DNA of 30,003 bases from a virus (IMGVR_UViG_3300001866_000030:1-30003), one strand, 5' to 3'; positions 16,974-25,667 are shown, numbered from the stretch's first letter. Numbers and translations are program-made. The notes: generated by a model from the sequence alone, not told the origin.

Positions 16974-17420
16974 ATGGAAACACAACACAACAAATGTCCA
17001 CATTGCGGGGCGAACATGAAGATTTGGAAGCACAATTTAAGCGCGGGACTGGTTATGACTTTGCGCAAGACAGGGCTTGCAATAAAAACAAAAGGCAAAA
17101 ATGATATTGATTTGCAAAAGGAAATGGACTTGACAAAAAATCAATATAACAACTTTCAAAAATTGAGGTATTTTGGGCTAGTCCATCATGTCAAGGATCA
17201 AGACGGCAATCGAAAGGCGGGGCGCTGGCTGATCACGAGGAACGGGTGGGCTTTTTTGCGCGGAGAATTGCCAGCTTGCGAATATGTGCGGACTTTCAGA
17301 AACAATATTTATGACAAGGCGGAAAACAACAAATTTGTTTTTGAATTCGACCCGAGTTATTCCCGCAACTATTTTCAAAGCGAATTTGATTTTGATGTTT
17401 TTCAAGAGCGTTTAATTTAA
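16974..17420 (+). CDS. Hypothetical protein, Zn knuckle plus probable winged helix
   Basis: CPHCGA; NNFQKLRYFGLV...GRWLITRNGWAFLRGE. Confidence 0.6.
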   Translation: METQHNKCPHCGANMKIWKHNLSAGLVMTLRKTGLAIKTKGKNDIDLQKEMDLTKNQYNNFQKLRYFGLVHHVKDQDGNRKAGRWLITRNGWAFLRGELPACEYVRTFRNNIYDKAENNKFVFEFDPSYSRNYFQSEFDFDVFQERLI

Positions 17421-17441
17421 GCAAAACAAAAATGCAAAACA

Positions 17442-17732
17442 ATGAAATGGAAAAATTTGATTTATAACAAATGCCCAAAATGTGAAAAAGGAAACCTTGA
17501 CTTTGACGGCAAAACAATCAAGTGCGAGAGTTGCGACTTTCGGATAAGCGAGGCGAAAATGGCGGAGATTGTGGCGAAAGAGCAAGAGGCTAAATTTGAT
17601 TACAATGACGAAAAGACGATGATTTTGTGTGATGTTTGCGGGGTGGAGTTTCAAGGCGAGGCGTGGATGATGAATAGCACGCGAAAAATCACTTGCCCCG
17701 AATGTTACCGAGATACAAGGGCTTATTTATAA
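17442..17732 (+). CDS. Double zinc-ribbon protein
   Basis: CPKC/CESC and CDVC/CPEC pairs. Confidence 0.6.
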   Translation: MKWKNLIYNKCPKCEKGNLDFDGKTIKCESCDFRISEAKMAEIVAKEQEAKFDYNDEKTMILCDVCGVEFQGEAWMMNSTRKITCPECYRDTRAYL

Positions 17733-17751
17733 AAATTAAGAAAAATAAAAC

Positions 17752-18158
17752 ATGAAAAATAATAAAGTGCATTTCCTATCATTGAGGCTTGATTGGAAAA
17801 CGCCAAAAGCGGTATATCAAATATTGAACGCAGAATTTAATTTTGATCATGATCCTTGCCCCCCAAAATATGAAGTTGATGGATTAAAGAGCGAGTGGGG
17901 GGGGTTAATTATGTGAACCCGCCTTATGGAAAAGAATTGCCGAAATGGATTGAGAAAGGCTTTGAGGAGTGGCAGAAAGGAAAAACGGTTGTGTTTTTAA
18001 TACCAAGTAGGACAGATACGCGATGGTGGCACGATTATTGCATGAAAGCCACAGAGATAAGATTTATTAAAGGGAGATTAAAATTTGATGATCAACCAAA
18101 TCCAGCACCATTTCCAAGCGCACTAATAATTTTTAAAAACAAAAATGCAAACGATTAA
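17752..18158 (+). CDS. Phage Dam-family DNA N6-adenine methyltransferase, out of frame at a G8 tract
   Basis: From ATG 17752: ...DWKTPK.VY..LNAEFNFDHDPCP...DGLKSEWGG, stop at 17914-17916. The -1 frame continues VNYVNPPYG...WIEK...VFLIPSRTDTRWWH...RFIKGRLKF...APFPS. One extra G gives an intact 135-aa enzyme. Confidence 0.85.
17897..17904 (+). repeat. G8 homopolymer at the frame break of the methyltransferase
   Basis: GAGT-GGGGGGGG-TTAATTATGTGAACCCGCCTTAT. Confidence 0.85.
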
Positions 18159-18264
18159 AAACATTTTCCAGTTTATAGGCACGGTATTATTCCTTGGTTT
18201 TTTGCTGATGATTATGCCGTTTGTGGTTATTATTTTGCTAATCCATAACAAATTTAACAAATAA
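18145..18264 (+). CDS. Small single-TM membrane protein (39 aa, not in ORF track)
   Basis: MQTIKNIFQFIGTVLFLGFLLMIMPFVVIILLIHNKFNK*; fills the gap between neighbouring genes. Confidence 0.55.
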   Translation: MQTIKNIFQFIGTVLFLGFLLMIMPFVVIILLIHNKFNK

Positions 18265-18268
18265 ACAA

Positions 18269-18871
18269 ATGCAAGAAAAAAGAAACGACACATTTAGACG
18301 CTTAAAAGTCAAAGAGGAAAGCGAGACAATTGACCAAAAATCCGAGGAAGTCAAGGAGATCGACAAAAGGATCTTAATGCACATCGTGGAAATGACCTAT
18401 ATGTTGAGCCAAAACAAATTTGCCAACGGGCGGATCGGATATGCGATTGCGCATTGCCAAGTTGTCGAGCATACCCCGTTAAAGTTTTTTGTGATGCAAA
18501 GGAACATCGCGGAGCAATATGAGTTGCCAGCAGTCATTTACAATGCCAAAATTACCGACCAAAATGAGCCGTATGAGGTTTTAGAGCTATGTTTGAGCTT
18601 CCCATACCACAACAGGGCAAAAATTACACGCTACCGCAAAATAGAGGTTGAATATCAGATTGAGGAAAAGGGAAAATTGAGCGCCCCGATCAAAAAATGG
18701 TTTGGAGATTTCATTGCCCAGCTTTTCCAACATGAGATCCAACATTTCGAGGGAGACAATATTTATAATCAATTTTTAAGAGAAAAAGATGATAATAATA
18801 AAACTGCAAAACCAAAGACCGCCAAAAAAACAAAACTTATTGCGAAAAAGGGAGATGCAAAAAATGATTGA
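18269..18871 (+). CDS. def: Peptide deformylase, divergent
   Basis: Motif I GYAIAHCQV (GxGxAAxQ), motif II ELCLSFP (EGCLS), I.RY..IEVEY, motif III AQLFQHEIQHFEG (QHExDHLxG). Confidence 0.8.
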   Translation: MQEKRNDTFRRLKVKEESETIDQKSEEVKEIDKRILMHIVEMTYMLSQNKFANGRIGYAIAHCQVVEHTPLKFFVMQRNIAEQYELPAVIYNAKITDQNEPYEVLELCLSFPYHNRAKITRYRKIEVEYQIEEKGKLSAPIKKWFGDFIAQLFQHEIQHFEGDNIYNQFLREKDDNNKTAKPKTAKKTKLIAKKGDAKND

Positions 18872-18974
18872 GACCTTAGTTGCCAAATATCACAGAGAAT
18901 TTGACGACTTGTTGCCATGGGAGCGTAAATTGTTTTTCAAGGGTTATCAGAAAGCGCAAGATGAACTTGTTTAA
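18864..18974 (+). CDS. Small hypothetical protein (36 aa)
   Basis: ATG 18864 overlaps the def stop; MIETLVAKYHREFDDLLPWERKLFFKGYQKAQDELV. Confidence 0.4.
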   Translation: MIETLVAKYHREFDDLLPWERKLFFKGYQKAQDELV

Positions 18975-18995
18975 ACTTTGAAAAAGTGTTATAGT
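18967..18995 (+). promoter_or_regulatory. Promoter directly upstream of the structured RNA
   Basis: TTGTTT (18967-18972), 17 nt, TATAGT (18990-18995) with extended TG; predicted start near 19002. Confidence 0.55.
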
Positions 18996-18999
18996 GAAA

Positions 19000-19160
19000 T
19001 TGGATTTTGGCAAGTTGAAGTCAAGGCAAGAGAGGAAAGGCGCTTGCGCTGATTACTGATAGCGACAACCTTGAGCCTATTGCACGCGTTGGGTAGCCCC
19101 AGCGTATAGCATGCCCGACGGGAATGTGAGTGATGTGATGGAGACTTGCCAGTTTCCAAA
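19000..19160 (+). ncRNA. Putative structured non-coding RNA or 5' leader (unassigned family)
   Basis: Closing stem 19000-19016/19143-19159 encloses two junction domains: 19021-26/19069-74 with two hairpins, and 19077-84/19134-41 with two hairpins. GC-rich against AT-rich flanks. Confidence 0.6.
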
Positions 19161-19193
19161 TCTTTTAAAAACATAAATAATAATAAAAATTTC

Positions 19194-19433
19194 ATGGAGC
19201 AAGACAAATACACCACAAAAGATTTATATTTGACGACTTTCCTTGTTGCCTTGGGCAGGGAGGTTGAATTGAGACGGGACGGAAACGACAACCGTTTTTC
19301 TTTTGTGTTTGGAAAAGACGAGGAAATTGAGGGCTTAACAGACCAATTTTATCAAAGAAAAGCAACTATTGACCCAATGGGCTTTTGCATTTCAATGAAA
19401 CAGCTTAAAGCAAGAATGTATAATTTTAGATAA
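19194..19433 (+). CDS. DUF5659-like protein
   Basis: YTTKDLYLTTFLVALG...FSFVF...L...FY.....IDP..F....KQLK..MY pattern recognised by eye; ATG 19194 after an A-rich leader. Confidence 0.65.
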   Translation: MEQDKYTTKDLYLTTFLVALGREVELRRDGNDNRFSFVFGKDEEIEGLTDQFYQRKATIDPMGFCISMKQLKARMYNFR

Positions 19434-19434
19434 A

Positions 19435-20223
19435 ATGTATAAATACACTGAAAAAGATATTTTACAATGTGAACTTTGCAAAAAAACGGTTTTAAGAAAA
19501 TCACCCGTGCAGAAATATTGTGAAAAATGCTCTCAAATCAAAGATATTGAAAGAAAAACAAATTGGGCAAAGAAACATGCAAAAAGTGTCGCAAAGACGC
19601 AAAAAAAGCATAGTGGTGAGTTAAGACCCTATTTATTAAAAGCACGCAAAGAAAGATCGGTTAAGGAGACCGCATTGACTTGGACAACGGATGAAAAATT
19701 TAAAAACAATTTTGATCTTCATTTTTCCTTTAAAATTCCTTTTGATCAAAATTTATCAAAAAACGCACTTTGGCGGACTGGAAAATTTGGGCATACTTAT
19801 TTGAGAAAAGAGGCACGAGAGTTAAAAGAGACAATAGGTGAGATCATTAAAAATTCAAAGGTAAAATGGCGAACAAATAAGGTTTATATAAAGATTTTAG
19901 TGCAAAAGCCAGATATGAGAGGCGACGCGATAAATTTTATTGACACAATTTGTGATGGAATAAAGCTTGGATTGCATCTTGACGACAATTGGTTTTCCTT
20001 GGCTGGCGTAGATTGGGAAATTTGCAAGGATAGTCCGCATGTTGCTATTGGGTTATATCAAGAAAATAAAGATGTCATGTATTGCTCAAATTGCGGGTTG
20101 CCACAAGATTTTTCAAATTTTAATAAAAGCAAGCATAACAAATACGGAGTTTATCAACCTTGCAAAAATTGCACAAAATTAGCAAGGGAAATAAGAAACA
20201 AAGAGAAAATTTTATCAATATAG
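19435..20223 (+). CDS. RusA-like Holliday junction resolvase/endonuclease flanked by zinc fingers
   Basis: N-terminal CELC/YCEKC; core IPF...SKN...KPDMRGDAINFIDTICDG....L..DDNWF resembling RusA D-x-x-N / D / DD residues; C-terminal CSNC...CKNC. Confidence 0.6.
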   Translation: MYKYTEKDILQCELCKKTVLRKSPVQKYCEKCSQIKDIERKTNWAKKHAKSVAKTQKKHSGELRPYLLKARKERSVKETALTWTTDEKFKNNFDLHFSFKIPFDQNLSKNALWRTGKFGHTYLRKEARELKETIGEIIKNSKVKWRTNKVYIKILVQKPDMRGDAINFIDTICDGIKLGLHLDDNWFSLAGVDWEICKDSPHVAIGLYQENKDVMYCSNCGLPQDFSNFNKSKHNKYGVYQPCKNCTKLAREIRNKEKILSI

Positions 20224-20306
20224 TTTTAACGGGTAGGCGGGGAAACAAAAGTTTGCGTGGAGATCCCACAAAAACCGCCCCGTCCTATCCGACCAGTTAA
20301 AGAATT
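20224..20306 (+). promoter_or_regulatory. Long stem-loop leader upstream of the small terminase gene
   Basis: TTTTAAC/GTTAAAG, CGGGTAGG/CCTATCCG, CGGGG/CCCCG, GTTT/AAAC and GTGG/CCAC nested pairings fill the whole intergenic gap. Confidence 0.6.
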
Positions 20307-20951
20307 ATGAGACGAGTAAATAACAACCAGCCAAAGATTGATTGGAACAAGGCTTTTATATTTTATTGCACCGCGGACGAGCGAACGGGGAGAATGCCGA
20401 CTTATAAGGATATAAGCGAGAAATTCGGCGTTTCGGAGACAAGGGTTGAGATTATTGGATCAAAATATGATTGGGTTGATAAAAGGGAGAGGTTGGGGAA
20501 AAAGAGCCTTGAGAGGTGGAAAGAAGAAAGGGGCAAGCTGATTGAGAAACTTGAGCAGGCGCAATTTGAGACTTGGAATGGGGCGGTTGAGATTATGCAA
20601 AGACAGCTTAACCAAGTGAAAAGAAAACAATCAGATGCCGAGATGGTGGAGGAACTTTTGGAGGATCTTTTTGATGAGTTGTCAATGGCTAAAAACAAAA
20701 CCGAGCGCAAAGAGATCAAACGCAAGATTTCCAATGTCATGGGGCGCAAGGTTTATGGCAAGGAATTAAGGGAAACCATGGAAGCGCTTAAAACTTCAAT
20801 CAACGGCTTGAGGATCACGCTTGGAATGCCAACCGAGATAACCAAGGGAGAGATGACCAATTTTAACAAGGATGTGTCTATTTCCGAGGAAGATTTGGAA
20901 AAAATGGACAGTGATTTTGAAAAAGCGCATGAAAATAAAACAACTAATTGA
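20307..20951 (+). CDS. terS: Terminase small subunit
   Basis: IDW...Y, TYKDISEKFGVS HTH and W..KR, then helical region; directly upstream of the large terminase. Confidence 0.7.
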   Translation: MRRVNNNQPKIDWNKAFIFYCTADERTGRMPTYKDISEKFGVSETRVEIIGSKYDWVDKRERLGKKSLERWKEERGKLIEKLEQAQFETWNGAVEIMQRQLNQVKRKQSDAEMVEELLEDLFDELSMAKNKTERKEIKRKISNVMGRKVYGKELRETMEALKTSINGLRITLGMPTEITKGEMTNFNKDVSISEEDLEKMDSDFEKAHENKTTN

Positions 20952-22461
20952 AAAATACGGTGAAGAAAAAACCCGACAATATTTGCAACACAGATTTTCG
21001 AGGATAGAGCCAAGCGCTTTTTGGGAATTTGCCCGCACTATTTACGGGGAGAAAATGGAAGATGAAACACCAGATTTCCACAAAGAAATTATACGGATCA
21101 TCATTGAGGATTTCAAAAAAAACGGATATTTTTACATAGGAAGAAATGCTTTTGGAGCGCCACGAGGTGGGGCAAAATCAACGCTTTTGGGAACATTATT
21201 TTTGAGTTGGGTTGCCTTAAACGGATTTTTGCGACATGTTATTTATTGCAGTGATACCTACAAAAAAGCCATTGCGCTTTCCAGTCCTTTGAGAAAACAG
21301 GTTGAAACAAACAAGCGCTTGCAGTTTATTTATCCCGAGGCAAAGAATAGCCAAACTTGGGGTAAAGAGGGATTTGTGATAAATGGACTTAAAGGCGAAT
21401 GTTTAATTGTCCCGATCGGGGCGGGCATGAATGTCCGAGGAGCAAGTGAAGATAACATCCGTCCGCAGTTGGCAATTTTGGACGATATGGAAAACCTTGA
21501 GCTTGTATATTCCAAGGAAAGACGGCAGAAATTGCAGGATTGGCTTGATTTCGACCTTGAGCCAGCCATGGACAGACGGCACAAAAACATTATTTATGTG
21601 GGAACAATCTTGCATTATCACAGCCTTTTGAAGCAAGTTTTGAACCAAGAGGGAAAATATAAGTCATGGAAAACAAGGGTATTTAAGGCTTTGGAGAATG
21701 GAAAGAGTTTTTGGGAAAGCAGATTTAGCGCCGAATATTTAACCGCAATTAAGGATGATCCGACGCATCCCGATTATGTGGGATCAATTGTTTTTGCGCA
21801 GGAATACCAAAATGAACCGCAAGACGACAAAGACCGCATCATCAAGATGGATTGGATAAAAGAATATAATTATAACGAGGCTTGGCGAAAAGTTGAGGGC
21901 ATAAGCGACGACGAAAGGAAAAAGAAATTTAGGGCATCGCTTGAGATTACAGGCGGAGTGGACACGGCGATCAGTGAAAAAGAGGGAGCGGACAATTTCA
22001 GTTTTTACACATACGGATTTGACAAGGTGAGCGCCAAAGAATACATGCTTGATGTTATTCATGGAAAATTTCCCGATATTAACGAGCAAGTCAAGGTGAT
22101 TTGCGACGGCATCCAAAATTGGGGGCATGACACCGTGGGGATCGAAAGCGTGGCATACCAGCAGGGGCTTTATAAGCTTGTTAGGCAGGAATTACAGAGG
22201 CGCAGGATATACAAAACACAAGTCAAACCGATCAAGACCGACAAGGACAAAATACGGCGGGCAAAAATTCATAGTAGTGCGTTTGAGGGTGGATTTATCT
22301 TGTTGCGTGCAGATCATCCAAAATGTGGTATAATCAGATCAGAGATCGAAGAATTCCCGCTTGGAAAACATGACGATGCGTTTGACAGTTTGATGTTGGC
22401 GCGCGAAGCTAGACAAAAACCGAGAGCGAGAGCGTTTGCCGAAAAACCCGAGGGCTTTTAA
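20929..22461 (+). CDS. terL: Terminase large subunit
   Basis: TPDFH, Walker A APRGGAKST, Walker B AILDDME, YVGT, FAQEYQNEP, nuclease GVDTA, IESVAYQ, HDDAFDS. ATG 20929 preferred over GTG 20872. Confidence 0.95.
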   Translation: MKIKQLIEKYGEEKTRQYLQHRFSRIEPSAFWEFARTIYGEKMEDETPDFHKEIIRIIIEDFKKNGYFYIGRNAFGAPRGGAKSTLLGTLFLSWVALNGFLRHVIYCSDTYKKAIALSSPLRKQVETNKRLQFIYPEAKNSQTWGKEGFVINGLKGECLIVPIGAGMNVRGASEDNIRPQLAILDDMENLELVYSKERRQKLQDWLDFDLEPAMDRRHKNIIYVGTILHYHSLLKQVLNQEGKYKSWKTRVFKALENGKSFWESRFSAEYLTAIKDDPTHPDYVGSIVFAQEYQNEPQDDKDRIIKMDWIKEYNYNEAWRKVEGISDDERKKKFRASLEITGGVDTAISEKEGADNFSFYTYGFDKVSAKEYMLDVIHGKFPDINEQVKVICDGIQNWGHDTVGIESVAYQQGLYKLVRQELQRRRIYKTQVKPIKTDKDKIRRAKIHSSAFEGGFILLRADHPKCGIIRSEIEEFPLGKHDDAFDSLMLAREARQKPRARAFAEKPEGF

Positions 22462-22497
22462 ACAAAACTTTTTAAAATAAAATAATTTATTAAAACC

Positions 22498-23913
22498 ATG
22501 ATAAAATATCCACCCGACAAAGAGAAAGCAAGGGTAAACGGTTATGAGCTTTACGAAAAAGTTTTTTTGGGAGACCATGCCGAAGCTTTCAACATCAAAA
22601 CACAAGGACAATTCAAAAAAGAACTTGAGCAATTGCGTTATGTTGCCGTGAACTTTGGCGGGATGATTTCAAAATTAAGCGCCGACATGCTTTTTGAGGA
22701 ATTCCCCCGTATTTCGGCGGGAGAGAATGACGAATTTGTGCATGCCATGATTGATAAAAACCAATTGGCAACGCAGTTTTATGAGAGTGCGCTTGAAAAT
22801 AGCTTTAGGGGTGATGCTTTCTTTAAGATCCGCGCCAAAGACGGGCAGGTGATTATTGAGGATATAAACCCATCAATTTGTTTTCCCGAATATGACGAGT
22901 GGAATGTGCGCAAAGAGCCGACCGCCCATGTTTTGGCTTGGAAAGTGAGCCTTGGGCAAACCGATAAAGGAAAAAACAAATACGGGGTTTTTAAAGAGAG
23001 GCACTTGAAAGGCACGATCGAACACAAGCTTTATGAGCTTGAGGATGACGGCAGTTTGGGCGCTGAACTTAGGCTTTCAGAATATGCAGGCATGGAAAAC
23101 ATGAAGCCCGAGGAAAAGACCCTTATTGACGATTTCTTGATTATCCATATTCCGAATTATCGCATAAATTCAATGTATTTCGGCATTTCCGATTACAAGG
23201 ATTTGATGCAATTGATGTATGCGATCAACAACCGTATTACCAAAGTTGATAATATTTTGGATAAGCACGGCGACCCTATTTTGGCAGTCCCCGAGGGAGT
23301 TTTGGACGAGGAGGGAAAAGTGAGCCGAAAGAGCTTTGGAATTATCGAAGTGCCGACCAGCGAGAGCGCGGGAGCAAAACCCGAGTATATCGTTTGGGAT
23401 GCCAAACTGGAAAGCGCCTTTGGAGAGATTGACAAATTGATTGAATTTTTATTGATTACTTCCGAGACTTCCCCCGCATCTTTGGGATTGGACAAAGAGG
23501 GACAAGCCGAGAGCGGACGGGCGTTGAAATATAAGCTTTTGCGAACCATTGCGAAGAAACACCGCAAAGAGTTGTATTTTGATTGGGGCATTAAAAAGCT
23601 TTTGATGGTTGCGCAGGAATTTGCTTTTAAAAATAAATTAAAGGCTGGCGATGTTGCGTCAAAGAAACCCGAAAAGGTTGAAATTGAATGGAAAGACGGC
23701 ATCATCAACGACACCAAAGAAATGCTTGAAAACGAGCAAATGAAACTTGATAATGGATTGACCACAACCAAGGAGGCGATCCAGCGCATCGAAGATATTG
23801 ACGAGAAAACAGCCGACGAAAAGGTGAAGCTTATCAAGGCGGAACAAAAAGAAAACGAGCCTAAATTTAACGCCGATCCCTTTGGGGGTAAAGCAAACCA
23901 AGATCAAGAATAG
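22498..23913 (+). CDS. Portal protein (SPP1 gp6/A118-like)
   Basis: 471 aa after terL; VNF...IS...ADMLF, HIPN...FGISDY, ESGRALK, VEIEW.DG motifs. Confidence 0.9.
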   Translation: MIKYPPDKEKARVNGYELYEKVFLGDHAEAFNIKTQGQFKKELEQLRYVAVNFGGMISKLSADMLFEEFPRISAGENDEFVHAMIDKNQLATQFYESALENSFRGDAFFKIRAKDGQVIIEDINPSICFPEYDEWNVRKEPTAHVLAWKVSLGQTDKGKNKYGVFKERHLKGTIEHKLYELEDDGSLGAELRLSEYAGMENMKPEEKTLIDDFLIIHIPNYRINSMYFGISDYKDLMQLMYAINNRITKVDNILDKHGDPILAVPEGVLDEEGKVSRKSFGIIEVPTSESAGAKPEYIVWDAKLESAFGEIDKLIEFLLITSETSPASLGLDKEGQAESGRALKYKLLRTIAKKHRKELYFDWGIKKLLMVAQEFAFKNKLKAGDVASKKPEKVEIEWKDGIINDTKEMLENEQMKLDNGLTTTKEAIQRIEDIDEKTADEKVKLIKAEQKENEPKFNADPFGGKANQDQE

Positions 23914-23955
23914 TTGATTTTGGTTTTTTAATGGCAACTAACTTTCAAAAACACC

Positions 23956-25227
23956 ATGGCAAATACACCGAAAGGAGTTGTGCCGTCCGATGATAGCGTA
24001 ATGCTTTTTTACAAGATTATTACCAACGCTTATAACGAGATTTTCGACACGATTACAAGCGAAGATCTAACCAAAAATTGGAGGCGCAAAAAAACATTAA
24101 AACAGATCGAGCAAATCGTTGAAGAAGCCAACGAGGATGTCAAGGCTTGGATTAAGGTTGAAATTCCCGCTTTTTACGAGCGAGGAATGTTTGAGACAGT
24201 CAAGGAGATCTATGCGGACGCGGGCGATGTCAACATCGACCTTGATTTTGCGCATTTTCATAAGGAAGCCGTGGAAGCTTTAAGCCGTGAAACATACCAA
24301 GAAATTGCCAGTGGAATGACTGGATTGACCCGCACAGGGGAAAGGATGATTGCCATTGCTACCCGAGACAGCATTTTGAAAGAGGTGATCACGGGGCAAA
24401 TTACAGGCGACAGCGCCCGAGCAATCCGCAATCAGATCCGAGACACCTTGCAACGGGAGGGAATAACGGCTTTGACCGATAGGGCAGGGCGGAAATGGGA
24501 TTTGAAGCGTTACGGGGAAATGCTGGCGCGCACCAAATTGACGCAGGCGCATAATACGGGGGTTATCAACCGAATGGCTGGCGGAGGTTATGATTTAGTG
24601 CAGATCACGGCACACGGCGGATCTTGCCCATTGTGCGCACCGTGGCAAGGCAATATTTTGAGCGTTAGCGGAATAAGCAACAAATATCGCAGTGTTGAGG
24701 AAGCACGAATGAGCGGGCTTTTTCATCCTAATTGCCGACATGCCATGACCCCATACCATAGCGAATTTTTAGATGATATGCAGGCTTGGGATGCTAAAAA
24801 TCAAGAATATGTGCGCTTTGGAGATTTACCGAAAAATCAGAAAGTGGAAGCCATGGGGACAATGGATTTCAAAGTTTATCGTGGCGAGGGATCGAGCATG
24901 CAAGCCAAGGCGAGAGAGCAAGGATTGCAAAGCATGTTTGGCAATGGGCTTTATGTTTCCAAGGATGAGAAAGTGGCGAAGCTTTACGGGAATGTCGAGC
25001 AAATGAGCATCCGCGTCAAAAAGAGCGAAATTTTATCAATCAATGACCGCGGGCAGTATGAGGAACTTGTGCAAAACGCCATCCGCAAATATCCCAAAGA
25101 GGATATAAGCACATCATTGCCGAAATATGTCAAAGGCTTGGGTTATAAGGCAGTGCAGGGAGCGCCGAGCTTTGATGAATTGGCGGGGATCAATATTTTG
25201 GATAAAAGCATTTTAAGAAAAAAATAA
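23956..25227 (+). CDS. MuF-type minor head protein with C-terminal ADP-ribosyltransferase-like extension
   Basis: DRAGRKW...Y..M..RT, H...CPLCAPWQG, GLFHPNCRH (minor capsid 2/MuF); extension KVYRG...FGNGLYVS.D..VA..YG...GYKAV. Confidence 0.8.
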   Translation: MANTPKGVVPSDDSVMLFYKIITNAYNEIFDTITSEDLTKNWRRKKTLKQIEQIVEEANEDVKAWIKVEIPAFYERGMFETVKEIYADAGDVNIDLDFAHFHKEAVEALSRETYQEIASGMTGLTRTGERMIAIATRDSILKEVITGQITGDSARAIRNQIRDTLQREGITALTDRAGRKWDLKRYGEMLARTKLTQAHNTGVINRMAGGGYDLVQITAHGGSCPLCAPWQGNILSVSGISNKYRSVEEARMSGLFHPNCRHAMTPYHSEFLDDMQAWDAKNQEYVRFGDLPKNQKVEAMGTMDFKVYRGEGSSMQAKAREQGLQSMFGNGLYVSKDEKVAKLYGNVEQMSIRVKKSEILSINDRGQYEELVQNAIRKYPKEDISTSLPKYVKGLGYKAVQGAPSFDELAGINILDKSILRKK

Positions 25228-25418
25228 TGAGCGAAAAACCTTTTAAAACAATTTTGGACAAATACAACCGCTTGAAAGCAAGTGCAGGTTTGGAAGATAT
25301 TGCGGAAATTCACAATTTAATCGAACAAGGAAAAAAAGAAAAGTTATTGGAATACGCAAAAAGCTTGAAAGATAAAACACTTCAAAACGCGGTTATCCGC
25401 TTAGCTAAATATCTTTAA
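25227..25418 (+). CDS. Small helical protein, candidate immunity protein
   Basis: TAATG overlap with the MuF stop; 63 aa. Confidence 0.5.
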   Translation: MSEKPFKTILDKYNRLKASAGLEDIAEIHNLIEQGKKEKLLEYAKSLKDKTLQNAVIRLAKYL

Positions 25419-25433
25419 CAAAGGAGGCGAAAA

Positions 25434-25667
25434 ATGGCAAAGTGCGGAGTTTGTCCGAAGTGCGAAGAATTCAAGACCCTAACAAGGCATCATATTTTTC
25501 CGAGACGATGGTTTGGCAGGGGACGGCGCAATGGGCATTATTTGTATATTTGCCGAGAGTGCCATGATGAACTTGAGGGATTGATACCCTACCATAAAAA
25601 GAAACGCGGTTTTTATGTGGAGGTTGTCGAATGTTTCTTGAACCTTAACCAACCCTTGGAGGTGTAA
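25434..25667 (+). CDS. Small HNH-like endonuclease
   Basis: CPKC....LTRHHIFP...N...ICRECH; AAAGGAGG RBS. Confidence 0.7.
   Translation: MAKCGVCPKCEEFKTLTRHHIFPRRWFGRGRRNGHYLYICRECHDELEGLIPYHKKKRGFYVEVVECFLNLNQPLEV

Noticed and set aside
17895-18158. 87-aa stand-alone methyltransferase from GTG 17895
   Set aside because: It lacks the N-terminal W.TP and D.DPC region, which is encoded from ATG 17752 in the adjacent frame.
19030-19045. GAGGAAAG resembling the RNase P RNA conserved region
   Set aside because: The following UCC and the 3' conserved element are absent, and the RNA is too short.
19000-19160. tRNA, hammerhead ribozyme or c-di-GMP riboswitch
   Set aside because: No TTCGA T-loop cloverleaf, no CUGANGA/GAAA core in the right geometry, and no GEMM consensus by eye.
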